Positions 25,101-38,703 of a stretch of DNA of 64,000 nucleotides are shown here, piece by piece. The position numbers were made by a program, and so were the translations under genes. The stretch comes from Phaeosaccion multiseriatum (lineage: Eukaryota; Protista; Ochrophyta, other classes): contig OZ218956.1 of assembly GCA_965112735.1 (NCBI GenBank), positions 1,922,001-1,986,000 of the forward strand, read 5' to 3'. The notes beneath the pieces were generated by a model that was given only the letters and a program-made list of their open reading frames with translations, did no database searches and was not told the DNA's origin. Numbering within the stretch: position 1 is the first letter of the stretch; each line of letters begins with the position of its first letter.

Positions 25101-27167
25101 CGTATGGTCTCCGTTCTCCGACTGTCCGTCGACTGTCGGTCGACTGTCGGTCGGTGTCGGCCAGCATTGCGCTACTCCGTACAGACTCCACGAAGAATCG
25201 TACTAGACCCTAGCCTCTAGCCTCTAAAGCTAAAGCTCCTCTTCCCTCTGTCCGTATCACCAACTCACTCACCTTGTCGAGCTCAATGCGGTCAATGAAC
25301 ACAAAGTCGTCGTTGCCTGTCTTGAGCTTGATCTGTTCGATCTCCAGGGAGGTGTCATGCACCACCCTGCTCACTCGCGCTTCGATCATCTGTGGCATCA
25401 CAGCAGAGTACATCAGAGTAGAGCAGTTGGTGATACAGAGAAGGGCATAGCAGTTGGTGATACAGAGAAGGGTGTGATGCAGAGCAGAGCATAGCAGTTG
25501 GTAATAAAGAGAAGGGCATAGCAGTTGGTGATACAGAGCAGGACACGGCAGTTGTTGAGGTAGGCTTTCGATATGCCAAGTAAATGGCAGAGATGAAGAA
25601 CTTCCTGAAGAAGTATACTTTTTCTCTCTTTTGACTTGGTACGGAGTAGGGCACAATAGTTGGCGATACGGAGCAGGGCATAGCAGAGCAGAGCAGTTGG
25701 TGATACAGAGTAGGACACACCTGAATGGCACCCCCGGGCTTCTTCCTTAGCATGAGCGTGCTGCAGAGCCCCACCGCAGGACCGACTACCCTCTTCTTGA
25801 AGAAACTCTTCAAGCAGCCCGGTGGAGGCCCTTCGTCCTCCTTCGGCGGTAGCTGACGAGTCACAGAATAGGAAGGGCAGGGACGGGAGGGGTCAGAGAG
25901 GAAACCAAAGGCGGTGTGAGCGACTGGGATGGGAAGGGAAGGGAAGGGAAGGGAAGGGAAGGGAATGGAGTCAAGCGTCAAGCGGTAAAGGCAGCGGGTG
26001 GGATAGGGAGGGAGGGGAGGGCCAACGCGGGAAGCAGAAGGAGGGCACAAAGGCGGATAAGCAAAAGACTTGACAGCGAGGAGGAAGGAGGCATGAGAAG
26101 GACGGAATTCGCCGATCATGGCAACATTGGCCACGGCCACAGAGTGGCGACCTACGGGGAGGAGTCTGAGAGTCCGCTACCTCATCGGCTTCCTTCCTTC
26201 TTTCCTTCCTTCCTTCTTTTCCTTCCTTCCTTCCTTCCTTCCTTCCTTCCTTCCTTCCTTCCTTCCTTCCTTCCTTCCTTCCTTCCTTCCTTCCCAGTCT
26301 TGTCTGCGAAGGATCGCTTGAAAGTGCCCCCCCCCCCCCCTCCGCGGGGGACCCTCACCCACGCACCCACACATGCATACACGATCGCGCTCACCCACCG
26401 CCTCACTCATTCACGCAGGCACCCATCCACCTACGCACCTTATACGCGAACTTGATTTCGTCCTTGATGGCAAGCTCTTGAGAGAACTTCGTGCCTGACA
26501 CCATCGAGTTCGCGCCTAAAGGAGGAGGGAAGGGGAGGGGTGGAGGGAGGGATGGAGGGAGGGGTGGAGGAAAGCCAGAGAGTGGGATGAAAGAGGACTG
26601 AAAGAGGACTGAAGCAGGGCCGACATTGGTGGGTGGGTAGTTTTTGGAAGGGCCTTCTTGGTGCCGTCCATGAGCCATGCGGGGCCTCCTTCCTTCATTC
26701 AAGTGAGCCTGAGTGGGGCAATAAATCGGTCTCTACATTCTATATCGACATCGACTTCCAACCACAACCCCCCTCTCTCCCGCCCACACGGGGCGCGTAC
26801 GTAAAGAGTGCCTTCGCAAGGCTTACGTAAGCATACGTACCGGTGTACTTGTAGGCGCCGTACATGAGCAGAATGACCGTACAGAGCGCCAGCACGGACA
26901 GGCCCTGGTGCCCCTCGGGACACTCCTCGCACACTCTGCAGATGGCAGTGGATGGGGGGGAGGGAGAGGGAGAGGGAGGGAGAGATGGGGAGAGAGAGAG
27001 AGGGAGAGAGGGAGAAAGGGAGGGAGGGAGGGAGGGAGGGAGGGAGGGAGGGAGGGAGGGATAGGGAGGGAGGGAGGGGGGGGGGGGATGTAATCGTTTG
27101 CTTTGTTGATTTGATGCCGACCATATACGCTGCGCTGCTATAGGTCGGCATGCGTTCGCGCGCGCGC

Positions 27168-27220
<53 letters not shown>

Positions 27221-30200
27221 TGTGTGTGTGTGCGCGTGTGTGTATGTATGTGTTTGTGTGTGCGTGTGTGTGTGCGTATGTGTGTGCGTGTGTGTGTGCG
27301 TGCGTGTGTGTGTGCGTGTGTGTGCGTGTGTGTGTGCGTGCGCTACTTACCCGGCGACGTCGAAGTATCCGTCCCCGCAGGACGCACACGCCACGCCAGA
27401 GCGGTCACCCGAGCAGGTATCACCCCCTGTGCAGAACATCTCCTGAGGGGAGAAGAAGGATGAGGAGATAGAGAGGGAGAGGGAGAGGGAGAGGGAGAGG
27501 GAGAGGGAGAGGGAGAGGGAGAGGGAGAGGGAGAGGGAGAGGGAGAGGGAGAGGGAGAGGGAGAGGGAGAGGGAGAGGGAGAGGGAAAGGGAGAGGGAGA
27601 GGGAGAGGGAGAGGGAGAGGGAGAGGGAGAGGGAGAGAGAGGGAGAGGGAGAGGGAGAGGGAGAGGGAGAGGGAGAGGGAGAGGGAGAGGGAGAGGGAGA
27701 GGGAGAGGGAGAGGGAGAGGGAGACAGAGGGAGACAGAGGAAGAGAGCATCGAGTGAGAGCAGAGCGCAGAGGACAGAGAGAAGAGGGCACGGGACCGGC
27801 GCGAGATGACGCCACAGGCGAAACGCGGATGGGGGGAGTGAGAAAGGATGGCAGTGGGTGGGGAGAGTGAGGGATGGCAGTGGATGGGGAGAGTGAAGGA
27901 TCGCAGTGGATGGGGCGAGTAAGGGATGGCAGTGGATGGGGAGAGTGAGAAAGGATGGCAGTGGATGGGGAGAGTGAGGGATGGCAGTGGATGGGGAGAG
28001 TGAGGAAGGATGGTAGTGGATGGGGAGAGTGAGGGATGGCAGTGGATGGGGAGAGTGAGGGATGGCAGTGGATGGGGCGAGTGAGGGATGGCAGTGGATG
28101 GGGAGAGTGAGAAAGGATGGCAGTGGATGGGGAGAGTGAGGGATGGCAGTGGATGGGGAGAGTGAGGGATGGCAGTGGATGGGGCGAGTGAGGGATGGCA
28201 GTGGATGGGGAGAGTGAGGGATGGCAGTGGATGGGGAGAGTGAGGGATGGCAGTGGATGGGGAGAGTGAGGAAGGATGGCAGTGGATGGGGCGAGTGAGG
28301 GATGGCAGTGGATGGGGAGAGTGAGGGATGGCAGTGGATGGGGCGAGTGAGGGATGGCAGTGGATGGGGAGAGTGAGGAAGGATGGCAGTGGATGGGGCG
28401 AGTGAGGGATGGCAGTGGATGGGGAGAGTGAGGGATGGCAGTGGATGGGGCGAGTGAGGGATGGCAGTGGATGGGGAGAGTGAGGGATGGCAGCGTATGG
28501 GGAGAGTGAGGGATGGCAGTGGATGGGGAGAGTGAGGGATGGCAGTGGATGGGGAGAGTGAGGGATGGCAGTGGATGGGGAGAGTGAGGGATGGCAGTGG
28601 ATGGGGCGAGTGGGGGATGGCAGTGGATGGGGAGAGTGAGGAAGGATGGCAGTGGATGGGGCGAGTGAGGGATGGCAGTGGATGGGGAGAGTGAGGGATG
28701 GCAGTGGATGGGGCGAGTGAGGGATGGCAGTGGATGGGGAGAGTGAGGGATGGCAGCGTATGGGGAGAGTGAGGGATGGCAGTGGATGGGGAGAGTGAGG
28801 GATGGCAGTGGATGGGGAGAGTGAGGGATGGCAGTGGATGGGGAGAGTGAGGGATGGCAGTGGATGGGGAGAGTGAGGGATGGCAGTGGATGGGGCGAGT
28901 GAGGGATGGCAGTGGATGGGGAGAGTGAGGGATGGCAGCGTATGGGGAGAGTGAGGGGGTCGAGGAAATAGAGGGCAGGCAGGGCAGGGAAGGGGCGTAT
29001 GCCAGAGGCCCCGTGTGCGGAGAGAAGTCTACATAAGAAGAGAGTGAGTGAGTGAGTCGACAAAGTCAGCAAGCAAGAAAGGCAAGGAACCCAGCAGGAA
29101 GCAACGAGGCGCTGTCGTTCGTGCGTACGTGTGTGCCATTCATTGACTTACGTCCTCGCACAGGAAGCAGAAGGTGGACCTCTCCGCAGCTTGCCACGTG
29201 CCCTCCTCACAGAAGGAGCACTGAGGAGAATCCAGACTGGTAGAGATGAAGCCCGCCGAGCAGCTCTGTGCGCATGAGTGTATGTGTGTGTGCATATGTG
29301 TGTGCGTGTGTGTGTGCGTGTGTGTGTACGTGCGCGTATGTGTGTATGCATGTATGTGCACGTGCATGTGTGTGTGCGTGAAATAGAGATGCATCACACC
29401 ACGTGCAGTGCAAGCAGAGGAAGAAGTCGGCGTCAAGCAGGAGCAGCAGCAGTATTGGGCCACACACACACACATGCACACACACACATACATGCACACA
29501 CACGCGCGCACACACACACACACGCACACACATAGGCGAAGGGCCACGGGAGGAGGATCTCTGCGACAGCAAGCAGATGTACGCCGTGAGTGAGTGAGGC
29601 AGCGAGGGAGAGAGAGCAGCCACCCGTAGTTATCCCTCCCTCGCACTCTCTCTCTCCCTCCCTCCCTCCCTCCCTCCTTCCCTGCCTCCATCCCTCCGTC
29701 TCTCCCTCCCTCCGTCCCTCCTTCCCTCCCCCCCCCCTCCCCTCACTCACCGCGCACATCTCTGGCTGAGCATCGCTCCTCTGCCCCTCGGGGACCACCT
29801 CTGTCCCCCTTGCGCACCCCCCCTCGCCCCCCACGGCGTACACAAAGAGGTCAGACACGTCTGTGCTGCCTAGGAGGAGCGTGCCTGGCAGAGAAGGAAG
29901 GGGGGGGGGGTGGGAGGGGATGGCAGTGGATGGGCGGGGGGGGGAGGAGGAGGTTAAGGTGGTGGTGGAGGAGGAGAAGGAGGAGGAGGAGGAGGAGGAG
30001 AAGGAGGAGGAGGAGGAGGAGGAGGAGGAGGAGGAGGAGGAGGAGGAGGAGGAGGAGGAGGAGGAGGAGGAGGAGGAGGAGGAGGAGGAGGAGGAGGAGG
30101 AGGAGGAGGAGGAGGAGGAGGAGGAGGAGGAGGAGGAGGAGGAGGAGGAGGAGGAGGAGGAGGAGGAGGAGGAGGAGGAGGAGGAGGAGGAGGAGGAGGA

Positions 30201-31903
30201 GGAGGAGGAGGAGGAGGAGGAGGAGGAGGAGGAGGAGGAGGAGGAGGAGGAGGAGGAGGAGGAGGAGGAGGAGGAGGAGGAGGAGGAGGAGGAGGAGGAG
30301 GAGGAGGAGGAGGAGGAGGAGGAGGAGGAGGAGAAGGAGGAGGAGGAGGAGGAACGCAAAGACGAGAAGGACGAGGAGGAGGTGGGGTAAGTAGTAGGAA
30401 CTAGGACGACAACCACACAAGAAACTCCATCGAGCGGATGAGAGGTGTTTGGTTGGGCATATACTGTGGCCATGACTTAGGGAGATGAGGGACAGGGGGG
30501 AGGGAGAGAAGAGCAGAGGCCCTCGCAGAGTTGCCCGAGCTGGCCACGAAACGCCCCCCTCACCTCCCTCACCTCCCTCACCTCCCTCACCCCCTCGCCC
30601 CACATCTGTCCTCACCGTCCGTGGTGATGGCCGGTGGCAAGATGGTCGTGAACCCCAGGGCCTCAGCAAGGTCAATGCTCCACGACTGCTTTCCCGTGTC
30701 TCCATCCACTCCGAAAAGGGTGCCGTCCGCCGTATTGGTGAGCACAAGGCTTTGGCCGGAGGTGGGTTGGGTGGGTGGGTGGATGGGTGGGTGGGTAGGT
30801 GTATTGGGTTGGTGGGTGGGTGGGTGTATCGGGTTGGTGGGTGGGTGGGTGGGTGGGTGGGTGTATTGGGTTGGTGGGTACGTGTATTGGGTTGGGGGGT
30901 GGGTGGGTGGGTGGGTGGGTGGATGGGTGGGTGGGTGGGTGGATGGGTGGGTGGGTGGGTGTTTGGTTGGAGGTATGAGTGGGTGCATAGGTGGGTCAGT
31001 GGGTGGAAACCGAGCGAAAGGGGTTAAGAGTGGTGAGCGCAATGCTCGCTTTCCTGGCCCAAGGACGGACGAAGAGAGCTCTACGCCCACATTGGCTTCT
31101 CCGATCCATGCATGCCATACACCCAACGCACAGCGGTCGCTGGCTTTGCCCATATACCTGCACAAGCACAACTTGGTCTCTCTGTCTCCGTCCTCACCCT
31201 CCCATCCACTGCCTTCCCTCTCTCACCCATCCACTGCCTTCCCTACCATGTTACCTGCGGTCCCCGAGGATAATAGGCCCCCTGCTGAACCGCTGCGAAA
31301 GCCCGGCTGCGTCCACCACGTCCACACTCCACCGTACCTTGCCGCTCGGGGCCTGAGGGAGAGAGAGGGGGGGGGGGGAGGGAGAGAGGGAGGGAGGGAG
31401 GGAGGGAGGGGGGGAGGGAGGGAGGGAGGGAGGGAGGGAGGGAGGGAGGGAGGAAGGGAGGGAGAGAGAGACAGAGAGAGGGAGGGAGGGAGGGAGGGAG
31501 GGAGGAAGGGAGGGAGAGAGAGGCAGAGAGAGGGAGGGGGGAGGGAGGGAGAGAGAGAGAGGGAGGGAGGGTGGGTATCCTTCCTTTTCCTGAAGCTGTC
31601 CTTAACCTGCCTTTAACTCCTCCTGAGCTTCTGCTTACATATCGTTACGTATCCTTACCTTGAGCATGTAAACGGTGCCCGCTGCGTCTGCGGCAGCGTA
31701 ATTCCCATCTGAGGCCCCAGCGAGGTTTGACGTGAACTGGTGGGCACTCTGGGGGAGGGAGGGGAGCGATGAGAAGGAGGGGAGGAGGGAGGGGAGGAGG
31801 GAAGGAGGGAAGGAGGAAAGGGAGGAAGGAGGAAGGGAGGAAGGGAGGAGCGAGAGAGACGGTGAAGAACGGGCGGTGAAAGAGGGGTAGGGATAGAGCA
31901 TGC

Positions 31904-31951
<48 letters not shown>

Positions 31952-33883
31952 AAGAGAGAGAGAGAGAGAGCACAAGGGACAGAGAAAGGTGGGGGCAGAG
32001 AGAGAAGAAAGTGAGAGCGAGACGGATAGCGAGCGTGACGCCAGTACAAAGAGTGGAGCTGCAAACACCATACCATACCCCGCCCTTTTCCTCTCCGCCC
32101 TAAGCCACCCCTGGGTCGCTCCGCCACATTGGCCTCCACGCCCGGGAAGATCAGGGGTTACTCCTACAAGCACTCACAGATGCGCTGAACAACCAATTGA
32201 CTCGGGGCTCTTCGCCAGAGATATCAACACTCATGACGCAGGAGTGGAAGGCGAGGGCGATGTCTCCCATTGACCCGAAAATGGGTTGTCCGTGCTCGAT
32301 TTCTTCGCTGGAGCTTGTGTATAGGCACAGCCTGGGGGGGTGGGGGAGGGTGGGAGCGTTGGTGCGTTGGTGGGTTGGTTGGTGGGTTGGTTTGACGCAG
32401 GAGGGGAGGGAGGGGAAGGGAGGGGGAGGGAGGGAGGGAGGGAGGGAGGGAGGGAGGGAGGGAGGGAGGGAGGGAGGGAGGGAGGGAGGGAGGGAGGGAG
32501 GGAGGGAGGGAGGGAGGGAGGGAGGGAGGGAGGGAGGGAGGGAGGGAGGGAGGGAGGGAGGGAGGGAGGGAGGGAGGGAGGGAGGGAGGGAGGGAGGGAG
32601 GGAGGGAGGGAGGGAGGGAGGGAGGGAGGGAGGGAGGGAGGGAGGGAGGGAGGGAGGGAGGGAGGGAGAGAGGGAGGAAGGAAGAGAGGGAGGAACGGAA
32701 GGAGGGAGGGAAGGAGGGAGGGAAGGAGGGAGGAAGTGATGGAGAGAGAGAAAGGAGAGAGAGAGGGAGAGGAAGGACAGAGGTTAAGGGACTGCGGCGA
32801 TCTTAGTCAAAAAGGGGTAGGGTTGAAGTCTCACTCACTCTGTCTTGAGCGCGCTGTCTGAGGTGGAGAGAGAGAGACTCCACTGCACCTCTCCACTGCT
32901 CCTGGTTAGCGAGTACAGCACTCCGCCAGATGCTACGTAGAGGGAGTCTCCCTGAGGAGTTGGTGAGTCATTCGGCCAGCAGTCGTCATTTGTAAAAGGG
33001 AAAGTGAGTAAAAAAGTGGTAGATGGACGTCAAAGAGGCAGGGGGGGAAGACAACAGGGAGGAGGTTGGCTTGCCTAGGTACACATAAGTACCCAATGTT
33101 TTTGGGACTTGACTGGGTGTGCGTGTATGGGGCGGTGTGTCAGAGAGAGAGAGAGAGAGAGAGAGGTAAGGGTTGCCGTAGAGGGGCAGGGAGGCATGAG
33201 GGGTAGGGGTGGGGATCCCCCCTTCTCTTCGCCGTTAACCCTCGTCGCTCGTTAACCCTCGTCGCTCGTTAACCCTCGCTCTCCCTTCCGGTCTGCTTGC
33301 CTGCCTTTCTTCCTCTCTCACCTGTATCAGAGGTGCGACGGTGACGCCCCTCGAGGCGCTGGACGAGGAGCTGTCGCTCGACGAAGGGAGTGTAACGTTC
33401 CAGTGGAGAGAGCCGTCGCTCACAGACAGAGCGAGCACTCCACTCAGGCCGCCTGAGCCGCCGCTCGCTGTGTGTGGAGCCATCCATGGGCAGCGAGAAG
33501 GGCGTAACAGAGGGGTGACCGACCGCGATGGGATAAGGGCGGGTAGGTAGGTAGATGGGTCATCGGTGGGTGGGGAGGTGGGTGGGTAGATGGGTCATCG
33601 GTGGGTGGGGAGGTGGATAGGTAAGTGGATGGGTGGGTAGGTCGGTGGGTAGGTAGGTGGGCGGGGAGGTGGCAAGTGTGCTGAGGTTTCGAGTCGAGAG
33701 GCTCCGTCCGTGTACGCACTCTGCACTAGCGCTTTGTGATACTCACGAACTAACCTTCGGCGCGGCTGGCCAGGCCAAAGTATGCGAATCCATCGCCGCT
33801 GACAGAGGCACTACTTGACACCTTGCCCAGGTGAGAGGAGGCGTCTGTTGCCACATTGGATGGGTACGTCCAGCGAATCTGTT

Positions 33884-33930
<47 letters not shown>

Positions 33931-35735
33931 CAGAAAGGACGGGGCAGAGGGGAGAGGGAGAGGGGAGGGGGGAGGGGGGAGGGGGGAGAGGGGAGAAGAG
34001 GAGAAGGAAGAGGGAAAGAGGGGCGAGAGCAGGGAGAAGACAGCAGAGAGCAGAAGGGTGAGGGGTGAGGATCAGGAATGCGGGATGAGTAGAGGGAAGA
34101 CGAATGCCAAGAGCCCAAGGGCCTGGAGGCAGAATCAAGTCCAAGCAGCGGTCTCACACCAACACCTTCGCTCCTTCCTGCCCCTCCCCGAGGTGGCGTC
34201 TTGTGATGGACTGACAGTCTGACTGACAGTCGGTCTGCTCTCTCCTCTCAAGTCGTCTCGTGTAAACTAACCCCTTCCCCCTCTCCTCTCCACGGGGCTC
34301 TGTATTGAGTGAGTTCCGAGCCCTTTCGCTTGGCTATGGAAGCTCTGCTTCTGCCCCGACCCACTGCTGTCTATTTCACCAAAGACGTCTTGTTCAGAAA
34401 GGCCCCCCAACGAGACCCGCACACAGACAGATGCCTGACTTGATGCTTGCCTTGCTGTCTAGCTCCCACGCAAACCACCCACTCTTGTTTGGGCCCGACC
34501 CATCACCCCCCACCCCACTATCGCCCAGTCCCCGAGTCCCATCGCCCGCTCCTTGCCCACACCCCCCACCCCGCCGCCGCTGTCCCCTTGCTCTTACTTG
34601 AGAGGCTTCCCCTAGCTCGGTGTGCGCATTCTCATCCGCGTAAATGCTGTAAATGAAGCTATTGTCAATCACGTTGGTGAGCCCTGTGTCGGAAGCGACG
34701 ACCAGCAGCGTCGTGTATGAGTCATTCTGCCCTGCAGGGACGACTGTGGTTACCACGGGCGGGGATTCGAAGTTGGCGCCGCTCTCGAACGGAGAAGAGA
34801 GCTCCCACTGCTTGATCTGTTGGATGGTGGTGGCGTGGTTTGGTGTTACGTGGGGAGCACCGGGGCCCGGGGGGTTGGGGGGGGGAGGGGTTCAAAAAAC
34901 AAAAGTGAGCGTGATTAGTGTAGAGAGGTCCTTTTGGCTTTGGTCTGCGACATCATCTCCAGGGCGAGGAGCTTCACGGCAGTAGACGAGGTCCACAGGC
35001 GAAGCATCTGTGCGCTGCTGTGCAGTCTGGCAGGCAGGCAGCGGTCGATGTGTGGGCGCTCGTCGTCGCCCCCCCTCCCACTTAGTCTGTACCTGTCCGG
35101 TAGTGTTGATGGCGTACAATACGGGAGGGGTGGACTCCGACTCTGACTGAGATCCGATGTAAAAGGTGTCGTCTTCAGGGAGGGACGTGGCGTCGGGGGA
35201 GCAGGAGGGGGTGAGGAGAGCGAGGGCAGGGGGTCATGCTTCTTTGGGCATGGATGAGGGGTTCCCCCGACTTGACATACTCCCAGCCCGTTACTGTCTC
35301 TTTCTGGGTCCTGCTGTCCTAGTGTCTTGCTCTTCACACTTCGGCCAAACCAAACCACTCAGCTGCATCTTCGTTCTTCTTCGAATACGCCTCCCTCTTC
35401 TACCTCTTTTACCTCTCAACGCACCCGTACACTACTTCACCTACCCCATTCTACGCACCTTTACCGACACTACCCGCACTGCCGAAGCGCACGGCCGTAT
35501 TGACTGCCCATTTCCGTCCCGTGCTCTCTGGAGAGCTCCCAAACACAAAGTCCGTCCTATACGCAGATCCGTTCAAGGGACCCCAAGGGGCAGGCCAAGC
35601 TGCCCCAACCTCGTAAGGGTGCTTGGCCTTGGCGAGGAGGGAACCTCCATTGTTGAACGGCGCGACGAGGACGAGGAGGAGGAGGGCCACTGCTGCAACC
35701 CGGCCCGAAGAGGAGGATGAAAGGAACGAGGCCAT
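18784..35735 (-). CDS. Large multi-exon membrane protein: signal peptide, PQQ/BamB-like beta-propeller, Cys-rich repeats, TM, cytoplasmic insert, multi-pass TRP-like C-terminal domain
   Basis: N-terminus [25 protein letters not shown]. Propeller-type exons [31 protein letters not shown]|[25 protein letters not shown]. Cys-rich exons SCSAGF...[10 protein letters not shown]...[20 protein letters not shown]. Membrane exons IGVTYVQT...[38 protein letters not shown]...VRPF. Ends VEEEDK...MQAM*. Not every exon boundary was resolved. Confidence 0.75.
20340..20507. repeat. 12-bp intronic minisatellite (CGTCTTCCTCCC)n
   Basis: About 14 tandem copies, with an occasional T>A variant. Confidence 0.9.
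25420..25712. repeat. Intronic array of the motif GCAGTTGGTGATACAG with variable spacers
   Basis: About 6 degenerate copies; the same motif is dispersed at ~23214, 23239, 46379, 48402 and 50871. Confidence 0.75.
27830..28955. repeat. 26-bp intronic minisatellite (GGATGGCAGTGGATGGGGAGAGTGAG)n, roughly 40 copies
   Basis: Long tandem array with recurring variant units (GGGGCGAG, GAAGG insertions, GCAGCGTATG); preceded by a (GAGAGG)n tract at 27470-27725. Confidence 0.95.
29965..30352. repeat. (GAG)n intronic microsatellite
   Basis: Near-pure trinucleotide tract. Confidence 0.95.
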
Positions 35736-36333
35736 GGCTGCGGCTCTCCTGTAGCTCCCACCTCTCTCAGCGAAGATGAGAAGAGTCTGTACTACTCAGT
35801 GCTGGAGGCTATTGGGTGCCTTGGCTGCATAATCGATGAAAGGCTGCCTTAAGGACGGCAGATCGGCTTGGGGGGGGGGAAACGGTTACATTATTTTACT
35901 TTACAGCGCCGTCGGAGAGCTTTGGGGAAGGGGAGCGGGAGTGTGCCAGAATAAAAGGCTGTGGTGAGGAAGCGTGCTGGCCGGCGCCGGCAGTTTATCG
36001 TAGCGATAGCTCAATAGCGCATTAGGGGTCGATCACAAGCACATCGTAAACCATTTACATCGCTAGTCAGTGGCTGTCTCGCGGCCGGCCCCTGCCTGCC
36101 TCTCGACGACTCGCTCCCTTCTGAAGTCGCCTATGGCTCCGTGCAGACGATAAGCACATGGATGCCTCCCACGACATTCATCACGCAACAATGTGCGTGG
36201 TGTGTCCGAAGAAGTAGCGAAGGAGGAGAGAGAGGAGGGAGGGGGAAGAGGAGGAGGAGGAGGGAGATTTTTTTTATTTTTTGTTCTTCCTTCCTTCAAT
36301 TTCCCTGCCTGAACCATCGCTCCATCTCCCTCG

Positions 36334-37654
36334 CTATCGCGCTCGCTGCTGCCGCTCACTCGTCATCGGCTCCGGCTCCCAGGCGCTGTCGAGGCGGGCC
36401 ACAAAGTCTGTTCCCCAGGGCCCGTCAACGAGGTAGTCCTCGTCCTTGGAGGAGGACAGAATGATGTCACGGTCTCTCACAATGGGCTTGCCTTCGCTGT
36501 CGAGCCTCAGGCTCTGGGTTTCTCCCATGATCCCGCTCCAGTGCTCCAGTCCGATGTCGTCTGGCTGGTGGATGAAGGTAACGTCGAGGACGTGAGCGAA
36601 GCACCGCTCGATCTCCTGACGGTAGTCCACTTGGAAGGAGTAAGTGTCGGTGAGGACGAAGACACTGGCCCATGACCCGGGCGCGGTGAAGAGGTCTCTG
36701 TCGACGCGCTTTACCGCGATCCACTCCTCGCAGAGAGCTCTATCCTCGGCCTTGTGCAGGCGAGACTCCACGACCAGCAACGCCGCAAGGTCGTCATCCA
36801 TCCATCCATCCACTGCCATCTCCGAGAGGCGGCGATCGAGAGAGGAGCTCTTGCGCCTCTGAGCGTTGTTGAGCTCCTCCATCATGTGGAGGTCGCGCTT
36901 GACCTGGCAGGGGCCGTACGCGTTGAAGGCCATGACCATGCCGCCGTTGGCCATGTCGTAGACCCCCGGCTTGACAATCTGCTTGTCCTCGATGGTGACT
37001 GCCAAGGAGCCATAGCCCAGGACTTGCTCGGCACGGTAGGTAATTTCCTCCCCTTTAACGTAATCGGGATTGTATTTCTCTGTGTCGAGAACCTTTACCA
37101 TCACTCTCGACGCCGCGGCCTTGTCGTCGTCGCCGTCCAGGCCGGGGGGGAAGGTAAAAGCCGAGGCGGTCACGTAGGTCTGCGTGCGTGTGTGTGTGAG
37201 TGTGCGCGGCGAAAGGGAGGTAGAGGAGGGAAGGTGCAGACCGATGCGCGAGAGGGTGGGCAACAACAGCCAAACAACAGCCATCAGGCGAGAGGGCACG
37301 CGCAGGACTCCACACGAGGCAACCTCGCAAGGAACAAGTTCTCTCCACCCCAGCCACCAGCGACGTTTCGGGGGCTCAGGTGCTCAGGCTCAACGGTCGA
37401 GTCCCTCCATTGCATCTCGGCTCTTGACTCACCGGCTGGGCGCCGTTCTCGCAGGAGGGGAAGACGGACAGCCTCCAGTTCCGCTGCAAGTGCCTCTCCG
37501 CCAAAGCAGCGTACCAGGCGTCGTTGACTCCCTTGAAGAGGAAGACTTGATTCTTGAAGCCGAATACCATCGGGCCTCCGTTGACACCACTGCCTGAAAG
37601 CGCCATACACCGTCCAAATAAGAGACAGGGGCCGATAGAGAGTGAGAGAGAGAC

Positions 37655-37717
<63 letters not shown>

Positions 37718-38703
37718 AGAAGGACACTCGGACGGCAGTCCAGGCAGGGGGGCTCTCCATGACAGGGCCGGAACAGGAGGGCAAGCAGGGACGCGGGCAA
37801 TACCTCTAGTACTTACAAGTAAAGTCGGGCACCGTGTAAGTCCAAAGGCATTCTCGCTGCCCAGGTTCTTACCACCTCCTGCGCAGAGAGTATCCTCATC
37901 TGCTGGAACGCAGTTAATATTGCCTACGGGCGCGTCGAGTGGTGTGCAGGCCTTACTTCCGTCCTTGGCGGAGAACTCCAATGTCTGGCCAGCCACTCCG
38001 TACTGCGAATTTTCACCACGCAAAGGCAAGCAAGCAAGAGCGACAGAAACGAGCATGATAGTAGTCGGTGCAGGCAGCCAGGCACACAAGCGAGGCAGGC
38101 ACTAAGCCAAGCCGCCGCCGATCAACTTGGAAGGAGATAGCTATGATCGAAGCGGATGCAGCCAGGATGTGGGTGGACTGGTGTTTTGAAAGGCGCTTCT
38201 GCCCCCCGCCCTTCCAATTCTCTTCCCTAATATACCCAGCCAACCTCAAACTCGCTGCTGCCTACCTGGCAGAACTTGGTCGCAGTGCCGTCGGTGTAGC
38301 TTGGCCCAGGCGAAGCGCTGTCCCAAGCCGGCACACGACTATAGTACGTCTCGGGCGTACCGTCGGTGGGATCCGGGAAAGAACATTGTGGGGTGTCCTG
38401 AGAAACTCCAGCAACGGGGACATCGCTGTTGGTGCAGGTGTGGGAGAGACCCGCATTCGCCCCACTCTCCACCTTGGTGCAATCGGGGAAGAGGCCGCCA
38501 AAAGAACCCTGCACTCCGGTTGTGAAGCACACCTCGACCACGCACGTATCTTGGGCATAGCAGTTGCCTCCGTTGTCCAGAATAAAAGGAACGGTGCTCT
38601 CGAACATGGTGCACTGTGATTGTAGCTGGCAAGAGCTCACCGGACCACCGGTGGCGTTCCTGACAATGCTCAAGAGGAGCAAACCTGTGGCGGTTCTTCC
38701 CAT
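36334..38703 (-). CDS. Secreted Cys-rich protein with a C-terminal vWD/root-cap-like domain; 4 exons
   Basis: Exons 38703-38266, 38002-37804, 37593-37433 and 37179-36334 splice in frame. Signal-like start MGRTATGLLLLSIV; Cys-rich N-terminal half; GGPMVFGFKNQVFLFKGVNDAWYAAL...LQRN...TYVTA resembles the GDPHxxGFxGQxFxFxG...WY start of vWD-like domains. Confidence 0.65.

Noticed and set aside
27420-29072. 550-aa His/Pro/Cys repeat ORF, or a CRISPR-like array
   Set aside because: A spacerless 26-bp intronic minisatellite; no unique spacers or cas genes, and the context is eukaryotic.
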